Source: an uncultured bacterium (GTDB lineage Bacteria; Verrucomicrobiota; Verrucomicrobiia; Verrucomicrobiales; DEV007). Taken from it: a stretch of 64,000 nt of DNA. The first letter of the stretch is position 1, and each line of letters opens with the position of its first letter. The notes under the pieces were generated by a model. It searched no databases and had not been told where the DNA came from. It was given only the letters and a program-made list of their open reading frames with translations. Position numbers and translations under genes: made by a program. Below are positions 27,801 through 37,697 of this stretch, in pieces. Where the stretch lies: contig CAXBMO010000008.1 of assembly GCA_963977015.1 (NCBI GenBank), positions 64,001-128,000 of the forward strand, in the 5' to 3' direction.

Positions 27801-28303
27801 TTCATCAATTGAGTGAGGTTGGCGGAAACCCGGGACGTGGCGAGTTGGTCTTCCGCAATCAGGGAGCCTGCCTGCAATGTCACAAGATTGGCGGCGAGGG
27901 AGGAATCCAGGGACCAGCGCTGACCAAAGTCGGTGAGCGGCTGACCCCGGACAAGCTGGTGGAATCGCTCGTCAATCCGAACGCCGAGATCGCCAAGGGA
28001 TACGGACTTTCCAGCATTACGCTGAAGGATGGATCCATGCTGATGGGCCGGATTCCGAATCAGACGGAGAAGAAGCTGACGGTCGTCGCAATGGATGGGA
28101 AGACGTCCGAGGTTCCGGCCGCCAATGTCGCCAGCGTGACGCCGCCCATGTCGGCGATGCCACCGTTGGGAGCATCCCTTCCTCCTCGACAACTCCGCGA
28201 TCTCGTTGCCTATCTGGCCAGCAGATCGTCGAAGAGTCAGAAGGCCGGGGGTGATGCGTCGAGTCACGGCGAGGAGAGTAAAGACGAGAAGATCGCGAAA
28301 TAG
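24848..28303 (+). CDS. PVC-type heme-binding CxxCH protein (glucose/sorbosone-dehydrogenase-like propeller, HEAT repeats, cytochrome c)
   Basis: Signal peptide; GHDLHG, GPDGRLYFSIGD, GLRNPQELAFD; HEAT-like repeats; CLQCH..GPALT..SAMP. Confidence 0.9.
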   Translation: MFMIRLRFVFLALVALAAVPVSHALTKEELAERFQELPTVKEKDLPPLKNEREPFQGLVKHEELSAHTWVRFPFVENPGSFGFDPKGRLFVAETNRFWLGVPDLRGANDLIRGDYQSITVQDRQRLYDAHAEQFPEGFFTKVADRVIRLEDRDKNGAADHRTLFSDHFNSPLDGIGFSVLAEDDAVYFTCIPSLWKMTDANEDGVADEHEVVVDGFGVRVSFIGHDLHGITRGPDGRLYFSIGDRGYHVTLPNGEVLAESGRGAIFRCESDGSGFEVFCRGLRNPQELAFDEYGNLFTFDNTGDIGDLARMVYALEGSDSGWDMAHQAAHQYVTHLDWEAFHPKTSVWVAEKMYDTHSEEQPQWLYPPASHVARGPSGVTFLTGESLPADLRGKFLLANYRGASQNCTVLTVAVEPKGAGYVATSEDILVEGAAVSDVEQGYDGKIYLCDFGGGWSVNTNGGVHVLTSTNQAEEKAGLEMAALLENGLDQKSIAELVALLKSPDKRLRQFAQFELVKRGTEGGDALFAVARDTSAKTTTRLHGVWGLGQLGRQAEKSSNAGSRLLELSRDREAEIRANVARTLGSFRHVAARDRMLELLKDPSPRVRSLAAIALSRIAKRGDEAAINALYQLAEQVGGAKELDPVLRHAGLSALDLVGTVDAAVARLQAPSREVRLQALLFLRRHESPELARFLNDGDALIRREAIRAIYDTSVVDSPFGNWLASLGSDAAELPLLLQRRVVAANYRGGSAENARNLVKLAGMDSLDPSVREAALHGLRLWEKQIVTDPVLGLYRPLVDGDRSMAELGTFIQSELKALLASNLPPNLAALGLKLADESGVQVEPSTLGTLAENTKLDPEIRVAALDSLVSSLGSGAKATVSNLLEDSTDVVSAAALRHGFSLKVGGISKIAETAVASKSLETARAGIEGLAKANPSRVLGYWNERETAALRPELKLDVYVALQSSGDAKLKQAAAAYLATGPNAVHQLSEVGGNPGRGELVFRNQGACLQCHKIGGEGGIQGPALTKVGERLTPDKLVESLVNPNAEIAKGYGLSSITLKDGSMLMGRIPNQTEKKLTVVAMDGKTSEVPAANVASVTPPMSAMPPLGASLPPRQLRDLVAYLASRSSKSQKAGGDASSHGEESKDEKIAK

Positions 28304-28366
28304 GGGAAAGGCAGCAGCGCGATATTCCGTTGCGTCTCCGCATGGTTGTGGGTTTGGTCCGACTCC

Positions 28367-29977
28367 ATGAAACCCCTTCTTTGTTGTGTAGCGCTTGTCG
28401 GCTGGTGGATGATGTCGCTGGCCGCGAGCGAGAAGCCCAACGTGCTCTACATTCTTGCCGATGATCTGGGGTTCAGCGATCTCGGGTGTTTTGGCGGGGA
28501 AATCAAGACACCGGAACTGGATCGCCTCGCCGCGAACGGAGTGCGCCTGACTCAATTTTACAACACGGGCCGTTGTTGCCCCTCGCGGGCGGCGCTTCTC
28601 ACTGGGCAGTATCCTCATCGCGTCGGGCTTGGTCACATGACGACGAATGATCTGGGGCGTCCCGGTTATCGTGGCGTCGTCTCGGCAGAGGCTCAAACCG
28701 TTGCCCAGGCACTTGCCCCGGCCGGCTACCGATCGTTCATCGCGGGCAAGTGGCATCTGGGGACTCCGGATCCCACGAAGCATGGATTCGAGGAGTTTTA
28801 CGGAACCCTCGTGAGTGCCAAGCGATTCTTTGATCCCGATCATCTGGTTCGGTTGCCAGAAGGACGAAGGGCGCGCGAATATCCGGAGGGAGAATTTTAT
28901 GCGACTGACGCGGTGACGGATCACGCGCTCGATTTTCTGAAGCTGGCTCGTGAAACGCCGGAAAAACCCTGGTTCCTCTATTTGGCCTACAACGCACCGC
29001 ACTTTCCGCTGCATGCGCCAAAGGAAGAGATCGCCAAGTATGCGGACCGTTATCAGGGCGGTTGGGATCAATTGCGGGAGGAACGTCTCGCGGCGATGAA
29101 GCGTCTGAAGATTGTTCCGGAATCAACGAGGTTGTCTCCACGGTCGACCTGGCAAAACTACGGAGAGACAAAGACGGGAACCAATCCTGCGTGGGACAGT
29201 TTGCCTGAAGACCGTCGGTTGGATTTGGCGCGTCGAATGGCGATTTATGCTGCAATGGTCGACCGGATGGACCAGCAAATTGGCCGGGTGATCGCGGATT
29301 TGAAAGCTGCGGGAGAATGGGAGAATACCCTCATCGTGTTCACGTCGGATAACGGGGCCTGTTTTGAATGGGACCCGTTTGGATTCGACATTGTTTCCAG
29401 CAATCAGAACATTCTCCACACCGATCAGATGATTGATGAGATGGGCATCGCGGGCACGTTTCATAGCCTGGGATCAGGCTGGGCAAACGCTTGCAACACG
29501 CCCTGGCGGATGTACAAGCACTTCAACCACGAAGGCGGAATTGCGTCGCCGGGCATTGTTCACTGGCCCGCCGGATTGAAGGTGGAACCGGGAACCATCA
29601 ATCACGATCCGGCTCATCTCATTGATCTACTACCAACGGCAGTCGCGGCGGCGTCAGCCACCTACACGGGTAGCCTGCCCCTGCCGGGCGCTGATCTCAT
29701 CGACCAAATCAACGAAGGCGGCAAAGAGCGCACCCTGTACTTTGAGCATCAGGGCAATCGCGCCGTTCGCCAGGGCAGGTGGAAGCTTGTTGCCATGGAC
29801 GATAAGCCCTGGGAACTCTATGACTTCACCAATGATCGCACGGAAATGAACGACCTGGCCGCCTCTCATCCGGAGAAGGTGGAAGCGTTTGCCGCGATGT
29901 GGGAGCAATGGGGTGCGGAGAATCAGGTGACACCGCTGCCCCGCGATCTTGGAGTTCGATATCTCAAAGCTGACTGA
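28367..29977 (+). CDS. arylsulfatase (formylglycine-dependent)
   Basis: PNVLYILADDLG, CCPSRAALLTG, GKWHLG, TSDNG; probable ATG 28367. Confidence 0.93.
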   Translation: MKPLLCCVALVGWWMMSLAASEKPNVLYILADDLGFSDLGCFGGEIKTPELDRLAANGVRLTQFYNTGRCCPSRAALLTGQYPHRVGLGHMTTNDLGRPGYRGVVSAEAQTVAQALAPAGYRSFIAGKWHLGTPDPTKHGFEEFYGTLVSAKRFFDPDHLVRLPEGRRAREYPEGEFYATDAVTDHALDFLKLARETPEKPWFLYLAYNAPHFPLHAPKEEIAKYADRYQGGWDQLREERLAAMKRLKIVPESTRLSPRSTWQNYGETKTGTNPAWDSLPEDRRLDLARRMAIYAAMVDRMDQQIGRVIADLKAAGEWENTLIVFTSDNGACFEWDPFGFDIVSSNQNILHTDQMIDEMGIAGTFHSLGSGWANACNTPWRMYKHFNHEGGIASPGIVHWPAGLKVEPGTINHDPAHLIDLLPTAVAAASATYTGSLPLPGADLIDQINEGGKERTLYFEHQGNRAVRQGRWKLVAMDDKPWELYDFTNDRTEMNDLAASHPEKVEAFAAMWEQWGAENQVTPLPRDLGVRYLKAD

Positions 29978-30058
29978 CCGCGGCTTTCCGCGATTCGCCG
30001 CGAGATTCTTCAAAAATACTTTGGCCAGTTTGGCGGGGCGTTGGAGTAGGATGGGTGA

Positions 30059-30604
30059 ATGGAAGCTGATCGCCAACGTGAAGAGCAGTTTTTGCAGATT
30101 TTTCTCGGTAACGAGGAGGACTTGAAATGCTATGCGCGAGCCCTGCTGCCAACGTGGGAGGCTGTCGATGACGTGATGCAGGAGGCCAGTCTGGTAATGT
30201 GGCGAAAATTGGATCAGTTGCGCGACCCCAGTGAGTTTTTGCCGTGGGCGAAAGTCATTGTTCGCTTCGAATCCCTGAAAGCCCGGCGGACTGCCGCCAA
30301 GGACCGGCATTGTTTTTCTGAAGCGGTTTTTGAGTTGCTGGCCGATCAGGAGACTGAGCCAACGGAGGAACAACTTGGGAAAGAGCGGGCGGCGTTGGAG
30401 TCGTGCCTCGGGAAGATGGATTCCGCCCAACGAGAGTTGGTGTTGCTGCTTTATCGCGGGCATGGTGCGGTTGCGAAATTGGCGAGCGAGTCAGGAAAGC
30501 CGGTCAACAGCCTGTATAAGAAGATTCGGAGATTGCGCGAGAAGCTGACGCGATGTGTGAGCGAGCAGCTGAGGAGTTCAACCATCAGAGGGGAGGCCTT
30601 GTGA
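30059..30604 (+). CDS. ECF sigma-70 factor, Rhodopirellula/Verrucomicrobium type
   Basis: DDVMQEASLVMWRK, FLPWAKVIVRF, ALESCLGKM, SLYKKIRRLREKLTRCV. Confidence 0.9.
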   Translation: MEADRQREEQFLQIFLGNEEDLKCYARALLPTWEAVDDVMQEASLVMWRKLDQLRDPSEFLPWAKVIVRFESLKARRTAAKDRHCFSEAVFELLADQETEPTEEQLGKERAALESCLGKMDSAQRELVLLLYRGHGAVAKLASESGKPVNSLYKKIRRLREKLTRCVSEQLRSSTIRGEAL

Positions 30605-31947
30605 GCGGGAACGAGCGTTGGCATCAACTGATGGTCGCCTATCTGGTTGGCGAGATTTCCAAGGAGGAGTTTTCGGAACTGGAAGGCATTCTGGAATCGT
30701 CGGCTGAAGCTCGCGAACTCTTCCATCACAGTTGCCGGATCGACACCCGGTTGCGTCGCGAGGCGGGAAACCCGGTTGAAGCGGATCGACCAGCGGAGCG
30801 GAAGATCATCTCGGTTTTGTTTCATCCGATCACGTGGAGTGCGGTGGCGGCGGCAATGGTTTGGTTGGCGATGTTGGTTTGGTCACAACGCAGTCAACCC
30901 CAGATTGTCGCGGAGCTGATTTCCGCGGAGGACGCGTCCTGGGAAAGTTCTCTCCCGACCGAGCCGGGTTCGAAGCTCACTCGGGGCTACCTGAAATTGA
31001 TGGAAGGAATTGCCACGATTCGTTTTCGGTCAGGAGCCGAGATGATGCTGGAGGCACCGGCGAAACTGACGATCAAAGGGCCGATGCGGGCGAAACTGGT
31101 TTCCGGATCCGCGGTGATGAATGTTCCGGAATCTGCGATCGGCTTCTTGCTTGAAACGCCGGACGGCCACGTGGTGGATCATGGCACCGCATTTGCGGTG
31201 TCGGTGGCAGGCGGGAAATCGCGTTCGACGTTTGAGGTGATCGACGGAGAGATCGCGGTTCATTTGCCCGAAATGGGAGAGGAGGTCCGACTGTTTGCAA
31301 GACAGACCGCTGCGATTGTTGATCAAGAGCTCACATCGTTTGACGGGCCGCTCCCCCAGCAGAATCTGGAGGTTGAACAAAAGGTGTTCCGCATGGGAAC
31401 GAAGGGGCATGCGCGGTCGGTAATCCGGGCGAACAGAGACAAATGGCTGCATCCGGATCTCCTCATGGTGAAGCGAACGGATAAGGAGGGAAATCATGAT
31501 CGGCGCGCGTTCTTTTCCTTCGATCTCTCCGGCGTTGATTTTGAAAACGTGGCGTCGGCCCGGATCCGGTTGAATCAGGTGCCCAGCGGCATTGGTTATG
31601 CAACCCGGATTCCCAAGGTGAACCGGTTTGGAATCTACGGCCTAACCAGCCCGGCCAAGGTGGATTGGGACGGGAGCTGCACCTGGGAAGAGAGCCCTGC
31701 TCCGGAAGATGGTTCTCTGTTGGGGACGTTTGAGGTTCTGCGCAGTCGCCAGCGGGGAAGCTACGGGATTGGCAATGCGGATTTGCTCCAGTTCTTGAAA
31801 TCACGTCAGGGGGCAAGGGCAACCTTTGTGATTGACCGGCTAACCACCCAGATTCCGGGCGATGTTCCGGGGCGCGTCCATGCCTTTGCCAGCGATTCTC
31901 ACCCCGAAGCTTCCGGACCGATCCTGGAATTCATCCTCAAAGACTAA
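30601..31947 (+). CDS. FecR-domain anti-sigma factor with C-terminal DNRLRE/CBM96-like domain
   Basis: GTG start overlaps the sigma stop; TM helix; FecR motif ETPDGHVVDHGTAFAV; C-terminal RRAFFSFDLSG..SARIRL..FASDSH..PILEF. Confidence 0.82.
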   Translation: MSGNERWHQLMVAYLVGEISKEEFSELEGILESSAEARELFHHSCRIDTRLRREAGNPVEADRPAERKIISVLFHPITWSAVAAAMVWLAMLVWSQRSQPQIVAELISAEDASWESSLPTEPGSKLTRGYLKLMEGIATIRFRSGAEMMLEAPAKLTIKGPMRAKLVSGSAVMNVPESAIGFLLETPDGHVVDHGTAFAVSVAGGKSRSTFEVIDGEIAVHLPEMGEEVRLFARQTAAIVDQELTSFDGPLPQQNLEVEQKVFRMGTKGHARSVIRANRDKWLHPDLLMVKRTDKEGNHDRRAFFSFDLSGVDFENVASARIRLNQVPSGIGYATRIPKVNRFGIYGLTSPAKVDWDGSCTWEESPAPEDGSLLGTFEVLRSRQRGSYGIGNADLLQFLKSRQGARATFVIDRLTTQIPGDVPGRVHAFASDSHPEASGPILEFILKD

Positions 31948-31955
31948 CCCATTGT

Positions 31956-34499
31956 ATGAACCCCACTTTTCTGAAGCCTGTTTCGGTCCTGTTGCTGTCG
32001 TTGATCGCTGGAATCCATTCGATTCATGGTGAAGCGACAACGGCAGCCATGCCCGAGCGTCATTTTGCCGTTTTTGAGAAGTATTGTCTCGATTGTCACG
32101 ACGCTGATACGGAGAAAGGTGAGGTGAATCTGGACGACCTGAGTTTTGATCTGGCAACGGATCTGAAGACGGCCGAAACCTGGCAAAAAATCCTCGATGC
32201 GCTCAATACCGGGGAGATGCCGCCAGAGGACAAAAAGCAGCTGACCGCAGAGGATAAGACCTCCTTTCTCGACGATCTATCCAACCGCATTGTTACCGCG
32301 CGAAAGATTCTGAGTGACAATGGCGGTGTGGTGACGTTGCGGAGGCTGAATCGTCGTGAATATGCCAACACGCTGGAAGCCTTGTTAGGCGTGCGTCCCG
32401 ATACGTCGGACTTGCCGGATGATCAGGCGAATTCCAAGTTCGATACGCAGGGAGCTTCCCTCTTCTTTTCGAGTGATCAGTTGGAGCAGTACCTTTCGAC
32501 CGCACGCAGCACCCTGGAATTGGCGCTGATGCCTCCGTCGCAAAAACCCTCAAAGGTTGTTCGGATTGAGCCGGAGGAGATCTACTATCCACTTTATGCG
32601 GAACTGGCTTCCCGGCGGCTGAAGATTGCTCAGAACTATTATGATTGGCAGGCTACAGGCGGGAGGGATGACAATGCCAAGGAGTTCGGGTTTCTGGACG
32701 GTTGGCAGGCAGGCCGGAATCTGGACAATTTTCACATCAGCTACCCGCCGCTGAAAAAGTGGTTGGCAGCTCCCGAGAACAAGTCGGGGGCCGCGTTGAT
32801 GATCACCATCAAAGATGGGTTTACCTCCATGAAATTTCCCGATGTTCGGGAATGGCAGCCCGGGAAATACGTGGTTCGGGTTCGTGCGGGAGCCTACGAG
32901 GAAGACCCCGAACGTTTTCGCTATCTGGAATTTGTCGCGAGAGAAGGCCAGAATTCGAAACGACTGGGTTGGCGTAAGGTCACCGCCTCCCTAAAGAGAC
33001 CCGAGGTAATCGAGTTTACGGTTGATCATCAACCCGGACAGAGAATGGCCTATTGGGTCCAGAAACGCTCCCACATGGATCGCGGGGATAAGAATCTTGA
33101 AACGGAGTATCGTAAGGAAACCGGCTATGGAACTCCGTGGGGAATCTGGATTGATTGGGCCGAATTGGAGGGGCCGATTCCTGCCGAGCCAAACGAAGCC
33201 GCGAAGAAGGTGTTGTTCTCAAAATCCAGCGAATTCGATGATGAATCCTATGCGCGAGAGGTGTTGCGGCGGTTTTCGGAGCAGGCGTTTCGCGGAGCCG
33301 AATCGACGCCGGAATTTCTCGATCACCTGGTTGCACAGTATTCCGGGAATGTCGCGAAAGGGCAGAAGGAAGTCGAGGCGTTGCTTGGGCCCCTGTCGAT
33401 CATTCTCTCGTCGCCCAGCTTTCTCTACATGGTAGAATCCACCGGGAATGAGGACTCGGAAGAATTGACGGGAGTTGAGTTGGCCGTGCGGCTTTCCTAT
33501 TTCCTTTGGAGTGCGCCTCCGGATGAGGAACTGATGGCTCTCGCGAAAGAAGGAAAGCTGAAGAAGCCCTGGAATTTGGAAAAACAAACCAAGCGTCTGC
33601 TCGCCGATCCGCGCTCCGATCGTTTTATCCGCAGCTTCGTATATCAATGGTTGGAGATGGAACGGTTGGGCATGTTTGCCTTTGACGGGCGGGATTTTCC
33701 GACCTTTGACAATGCGGCCCGTGATGCAGCGGGCGAAGAGATCTACCAAACGGTAAGCACCTTGTTGAAGGAAAAACTACCGCTGGGCAATCTGCTCAAA
33801 TCGGATTTTGTGGTGGTGAATGATCTGTTGGCTGACTACTACGGCCTGGAAGGGGTCAACGGTCATCATTGGCGGAAAGTCCCGGTTCCGGACGGATCGC
33901 CACGAGGTGGCTTGCTCGGGTCAGCCGCGGTTAGCGCGATGGGTTCGGACGGTCAGCGGACGTCTCCGGTGGAACGCGGAGCCTGGGTCTTGCGGCATCT
34001 GCTCAACAATCCGCCGCCGCCGGCACCACCAAACGTGCCACAGCTCAGCCGACTGGAAGGCGAAGTGCTCTCCGCCCGCGATTTGCAGAAGGCCCACCAG
34101 GAAGAGCCGCAATGTGCGCAGTGTCATCGCAAAATCGATCCGATTGGTTACGGGATGGAGAATTTTGATGCCGCGGGGCAATGGCGCGAGGTTGAGGTTG
34201 TCCGCACGGGAAAACGAGAGAGTGAGAAGACGGAATTCGCAATTGATCCCGTTGGGAACCTCCCGGGTGGTGCCGAGTTTTCGACCTATTTTGAACTTCG
34301 CGATGCCGTTGCCGATCAGCTTGATGGGTTTGCCAGAGGCCTGGCCGAGGCGTTGATTTCCTATGGTCTCGGTCGTCCGTTTGGCTTCACGGATCACGAC
34401 CTTGCTCAAGCGATGCTCGAGCATGCCAAAGCCGAGGACTATGCGATTTCGGCATTCGTTCATGCGCTCGTTCAATCAAAACCGTTCCAGACCAAATAG
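31956..34499 (+). CDS. DUF1592-family protein (PSD2-5, PSCyt3, cytochrome c)
   Basis: CLDCH, LRRLNRREYANT, ELAVRLSYFLW, RGGLLG, TSPVERG, CAQCHRKIDPIG. Confidence 0.93.
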   Translation: MNPTFLKPVSVLLLSLIAGIHSIHGEATTAAMPERHFAVFEKYCLDCHDADTEKGEVNLDDLSFDLATDLKTAETWQKILDALNTGEMPPEDKKQLTAEDKTSFLDDLSNRIVTARKILSDNGGVVTLRRLNRREYANTLEALLGVRPDTSDLPDDQANSKFDTQGASLFFSSDQLEQYLSTARSTLELALMPPSQKPSKVVRIEPEEIYYPLYAELASRRLKIAQNYYDWQATGGRDDNAKEFGFLDGWQAGRNLDNFHISYPPLKKWLAAPENKSGAALMITIKDGFTSMKFPDVREWQPGKYVVRVRAGAYEEDPERFRYLEFVAREGQNSKRLGWRKVTASLKRPEVIEFTVDHQPGQRMAYWVQKRSHMDRGDKNLETEYRKETGYGTPWGIWIDWAELEGPIPAEPNEAAKKVLFSKSSEFDDESYAREVLRRFSEQAFRGAESTPEFLDHLVAQYSGNVAKGQKEVEALLGPLSIILSSPSFLYMVESTGNEDSEELTGVELAVRLSYFLWSAPPDEELMALAKEGKLKKPWNLEKQTKRLLADPRSDRFIRSFVYQWLEMERLGMFAFDGRDFPTFDNAARDAAGEEIYQTVSTLLKEKLPLGNLLKSDFVVVNDLLADYYGLEGVNGHHWRKVPVPDGSPRGGLLGSAAVSAMGSDGQRTSPVERGAWVLRHLLNNPPPPAPPNVPQLSRLEGEVLSARDLQKAHQEEPQCAQCHRKIDPIGYGMENFDAAGQWREVEVVRTGKRESEKTEFAIDPVGNLPGGAEFSTYFELRDAVADQLDGFARGLAEALISYGLGRPFGFTDHDLAQAMLEHAKAEDYAISAFVHALVQSKPFQTK

Positions 34500-34506
34500 T
34501 ACAACG

Positions 34507-36057
34507 ATGAAGATCCCCCTTGTCATCGCTCTCTCCGCCTTTTCGCTCTTTGGCTTGTCGCTGCAGGCTGCGGATGAACGACCGAATATCCTCTGGATCA
34601 CGATCGAAGATTGGTCGCCGGACCTCTCCTGTTATGGAACCAAAGGCCTGCAAACTCCGCATGTGGACCAATTGGCAGCGGAGGGGATCCGATATGATTA
34701 CGCCTTTACCACTTCACCAGTTTGTTCGACTTCGCGTTCCGCCATGATGACCGGGTTTCACCAGAACTATATTGGCGCCAATCAGCATCGGGAGCATGAC
34801 AAGAAACCCTTGCCGCATGGCGTAAAGCCCATACCTCATCTTCTGGCTGAGGCTGGCTATTATACTGCGCTCATGAGTTGGAAGACGGATTGCAACTTCC
34901 TGCCGACCCAGAAGGATGAATTGTTCGAAGGTGAGGACTGGACCGGTCGCAAGCCGGGTCAGCCGTTCTTTGCCCGAATCACGTTTGGTGGCACCCATCG
35001 TGCGTGGAATCGGGATCCCGAGCGGCCCATCAGGATTGAGGATGTCGAATTGCCCCCGTATTACCCGGACACACCATTTTGTCGCCGGGATTGGGCAAAT
35101 GGGTTGGAACAGATGCAGTTGGTCGATCGCGAGGTTGGTGCCTTGCTCAGCCGATTGGAAGAGGAAGGTTTGGCGGACAATACCCTTGTGTTCTTCATTG
35201 GCGACCATGGCCGGTGTCACATTCGCGGAAAGCAGTTTCTTTACGATGGAGGGATCCGTATTCCAATGATCATGCGTTGGCCGGGAAAAGTCGCACCGAA
35301 ACAGGTGAGCGAGGATCTTGTGATGTCGCTGGATATCTGCGCGACCATTCTTGAAGCCGCCGGGGTTCAACCGCCGGTTCCGCTGCACGGCAGGAGCTTG
35401 TTCAGTGAGGACGTGAAACAACGGAAATATGTCTTCGCAGCTCGCGACAAGATGGATGAAACCCACGATTCCATGCGGGCGATTCGATCCAAAGATCACA
35501 AGCTGATTCTGAACCTGATGCCGGAGCGTCCCTGGTGCCAGTACAACCGTTACAAGGAAAGTTCGTATCCCATGTTGGCGGAGATGAATGTGATGCATCT
35601 CAAAGGAGAGCTAACGCCGGCACAGGCGAACTTCTTCGCTCCAAGCAAACCAGAAATTGAGTTGTTCGATCTTCGGAAGGATCCTCACGAGATTGCGAAT
35701 GTGGCCGATGATCCAGGGTTTGCAGAAATCAAGGCTGAGATGTTGGCGGAGTTGTCGCAATGGCGAAAGGATGTGATTCAGGATCGTGGGGTTTCGTCAG
35801 AGTTCCGGGCCGAAGGAGTCTTCCCTGAAGCTCTGCCCGCAGGATTTACCAAGGTGGATGATTGGGTGGAGGCTCATTCGGATCAATACGACTTCAATGC
35901 GGTTGGTTGGCCCGCCTGGTATCCAACGCGAACACTTGCAGAATGGGAGCAGGCTCGCCGGAGCTGGGAGTCGTATGTGATGCGGGGACCCGACGAGAAA
36001 CTGGCCAGACCGGTGCTCGCCCATTCGAGGAAGAAGAAAACGAACAAATCCAAGTAA
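34507..36057 (+). CDS. sulfatase with non-canonical CSTSR signature
   Basis: RPNILWITIED, CSTSRSAMMTG, IGDHG, RGKQFLYDGG; probable ATG 34507. Confidence 0.9.
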   Translation: MKIPLVIALSAFSLFGLSLQAADERPNILWITIEDWSPDLSCYGTKGLQTPHVDQLAAEGIRYDYAFTTSPVCSTSRSAMMTGFHQNYIGANQHREHDKKPLPHGVKPIPHLLAEAGYYTALMSWKTDCNFLPTQKDELFEGEDWTGRKPGQPFFARITFGGTHRAWNRDPERPIRIEDVELPPYYPDTPFCRRDWANGLEQMQLVDREVGALLSRLEEEGLADNTLVFFIGDHGRCHIRGKQFLYDGGIRIPMIMRWPGKVAPKQVSEDLVMSLDICATILEAAGVQPPVPLHGRSLFSEDVKQRKYVFAARDKMDETHDSMRAIRSKDHKLILNLMPERPWCQYNRYKESSYPMLAEMNVMHLKGELTPAQANFFAPSKPEIELFDLRKDPHEIANVADDPGFAEIKAEMLAELSQWRKDVIQDRGVSSEFRAEGVFPEALPAGFTKVDDWVEAHSDQYDFNAVGWPAWYPTRTLAEWEQARRSWESYVMRGPDEKLARPVLAHSRKKKTNKSK

Positions 36058-36076
36058 CTCCTAACCATCAACCATC

Positions 36077-37384
36077 ATGAGTAAGAACCTGACCCGTCGC
36101 GGAGTCCTCCGCAGTAGCAGTGCCTTCATTGCGCTTCCTTTTCTGGAATCTTTGGGATTTCGGAAGTTCGCTTCAGCGGCGGAAAGGCCAACGGTCCCCA
36201 AGCGGCTTGTCTTCATGGGCATGGGATTTGGCGTCACTGCCGACAGGTGGTATCCGGATCCCTCTATCGTTGGCGAGAACTATGAATTCCCGCAGATCCT
36301 CAAGCCGTTGGAGAAACATCGCAAAGATCTCACATTCGTTCAGAATTTGATGCACCAGCATTCCGCGGATGGTCACAGTGGAAGCACCTTCTGGTTAACG
36401 GGTGCGAATCGATACGCCATCCCAGGGCAAAGCTTTCACAATACGATTTCGGTCGATCAGGTTGCGGCTGAGCAGCTGGGTGAGGACACCCGCTTCACCT
36501 CCATTCAGCTTTGTGCGAAAGGAAACGCGAGTTCAGGTAGCGACGGGCACGGTCCTGGATTGTCGTTAGCCTGGAATCGCCAGGGCAAACCCGTCGCCGG
36601 ACTCAATACGCCAGTGGCCGCGTTCCATCGCCTCTTTTCCGATGACAAAACGCCGTTGGCGGAACGTCAGCAGCGACTGATCGAGCAACGCAGTGTTCTC
36701 GATACCGTGATGAGCGATGCCAAGTCTGTGCACAAAAAACTCAGCAAATCCGACAACGGGAAGTTGGACGAGTATTTTCAGTCCGTTCGCGAGATTGAGG
36801 TTCGTCTTGCGAAAGAGGAGAGATGGATGGGGGTTGAGAAGAAGACGCCGGCGAATCCGGTTCAAGAACCCGGAGAGTCGATCATTGGCTTTGAGGAAAT
36901 GGGAATCATGGCGGATTTGATGGTGGCGGCGATGCAGGTCGATGCCTCCCGGGTATTCACCTATCGCATGCCGGTGGATTCGTTGATCGCCAGTTTGGGG
37001 GCGACGATGAGTGCACACACCATGAGCCATTTTTCTCATGGAGAACGCCGCGACGTTTCTGAAATGCGTGATCGTCACAACGCGATCTTCCTGGCGGAGT
37101 TTATCGATAAACTCAAAGCCTCGAAAGAAGCGGATGGCTCCAGCCTGTTCGATCACACCGCTTTAACCATGGGGACCAATCTCAGCTCCGTTCATACCTT
37201 GCGAAATTGCCCCACGCTCCTTGCGGGAGGAGGCGCGGGATTTGTCCATGGACGTTCCCTCGTGATGGATGATCCGAAGACGCCACTCTGCAATCTGTGG
37301 CTCAGCACACTCCAGGGCGTTGGGGTTAAGGCTGAATCCCACGGCGACTCAACCGGGCGCATCGAGGAGTTGTTTCGTGGCTGA
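36077..37384 (+). CDS. DUF1552 (HXXSHH) domain protein, Tat-exported
   Basis: TRRGVLR, ALPFLES, ISVDQVAA, KLDEYFQSVREIE, HTMSHF, GDSTG. Confidence 0.92.
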   Translation: MSKNLTRRGVLRSSSAFIALPFLESLGFRKFASAAERPTVPKRLVFMGMGFGVTADRWYPDPSIVGENYEFPQILKPLEKHRKDLTFVQNLMHQHSADGHSGSTFWLTGANRYAIPGQSFHNTISVDQVAAEQLGEDTRFTSIQLCAKGNASSGSDGHGPGLSLAWNRQGKPVAGLNTPVAAFHRLFSDDKTPLAERQQRLIEQRSVLDTVMSDAKSVHKKLSKSDNGKLDEYFQSVREIEVRLAKEERWMGVEKKTPANPVQEPGESIIGFEEMGIMADLMVAAMQVDASRVFTYRMPVDSLIASLGATMSAHTMSHFSHGERRDVSEMRDRHNAIFLAEFIDKLKASKEADGSSLFDHTALTMGTNLSSVHTLRNCPTLLAGGGAGFVHGRSLVMDDPKTPLCNLWLSTLQGVGVKAESHGDSTGRIEELFRG

Positions 37385-37697
37385 GACGCAGGATCCAGGA
37401 CCAAGGGGTGTTTCCCGAGACTAGGGAGCAGGTTGCACCGTTCGAGTGGGAAATGCCCGATTGAATGGGAATCCCTGAGTGGTTTCGGGGCCGCCAATTG
37501 GAGTGACAATTCGCGGCAAACGAATGGACAGCCAATAAAACGTGGGTTTCGGTGAGGACGCTGGAGGCGTCGAAATCCAGCCCTATGCTGATTCTTTGTC
37601 CCAAACCCCTGTCAGGATCAGAGCAGGAAGTTGCAGGTCGCTGGGTCGATCCTGCGCTGACTGCTCGATTAAGATTCGTGATGCAGATCGCCCCCGC

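Noticed and set aside
37385-37697. Possible cobalamin riboswitch in the 310 bp gap
   Set aside because: Has GGGAA and hairpins but lacks the GCCACTG/B12-box elements, and downstream genes do not fit
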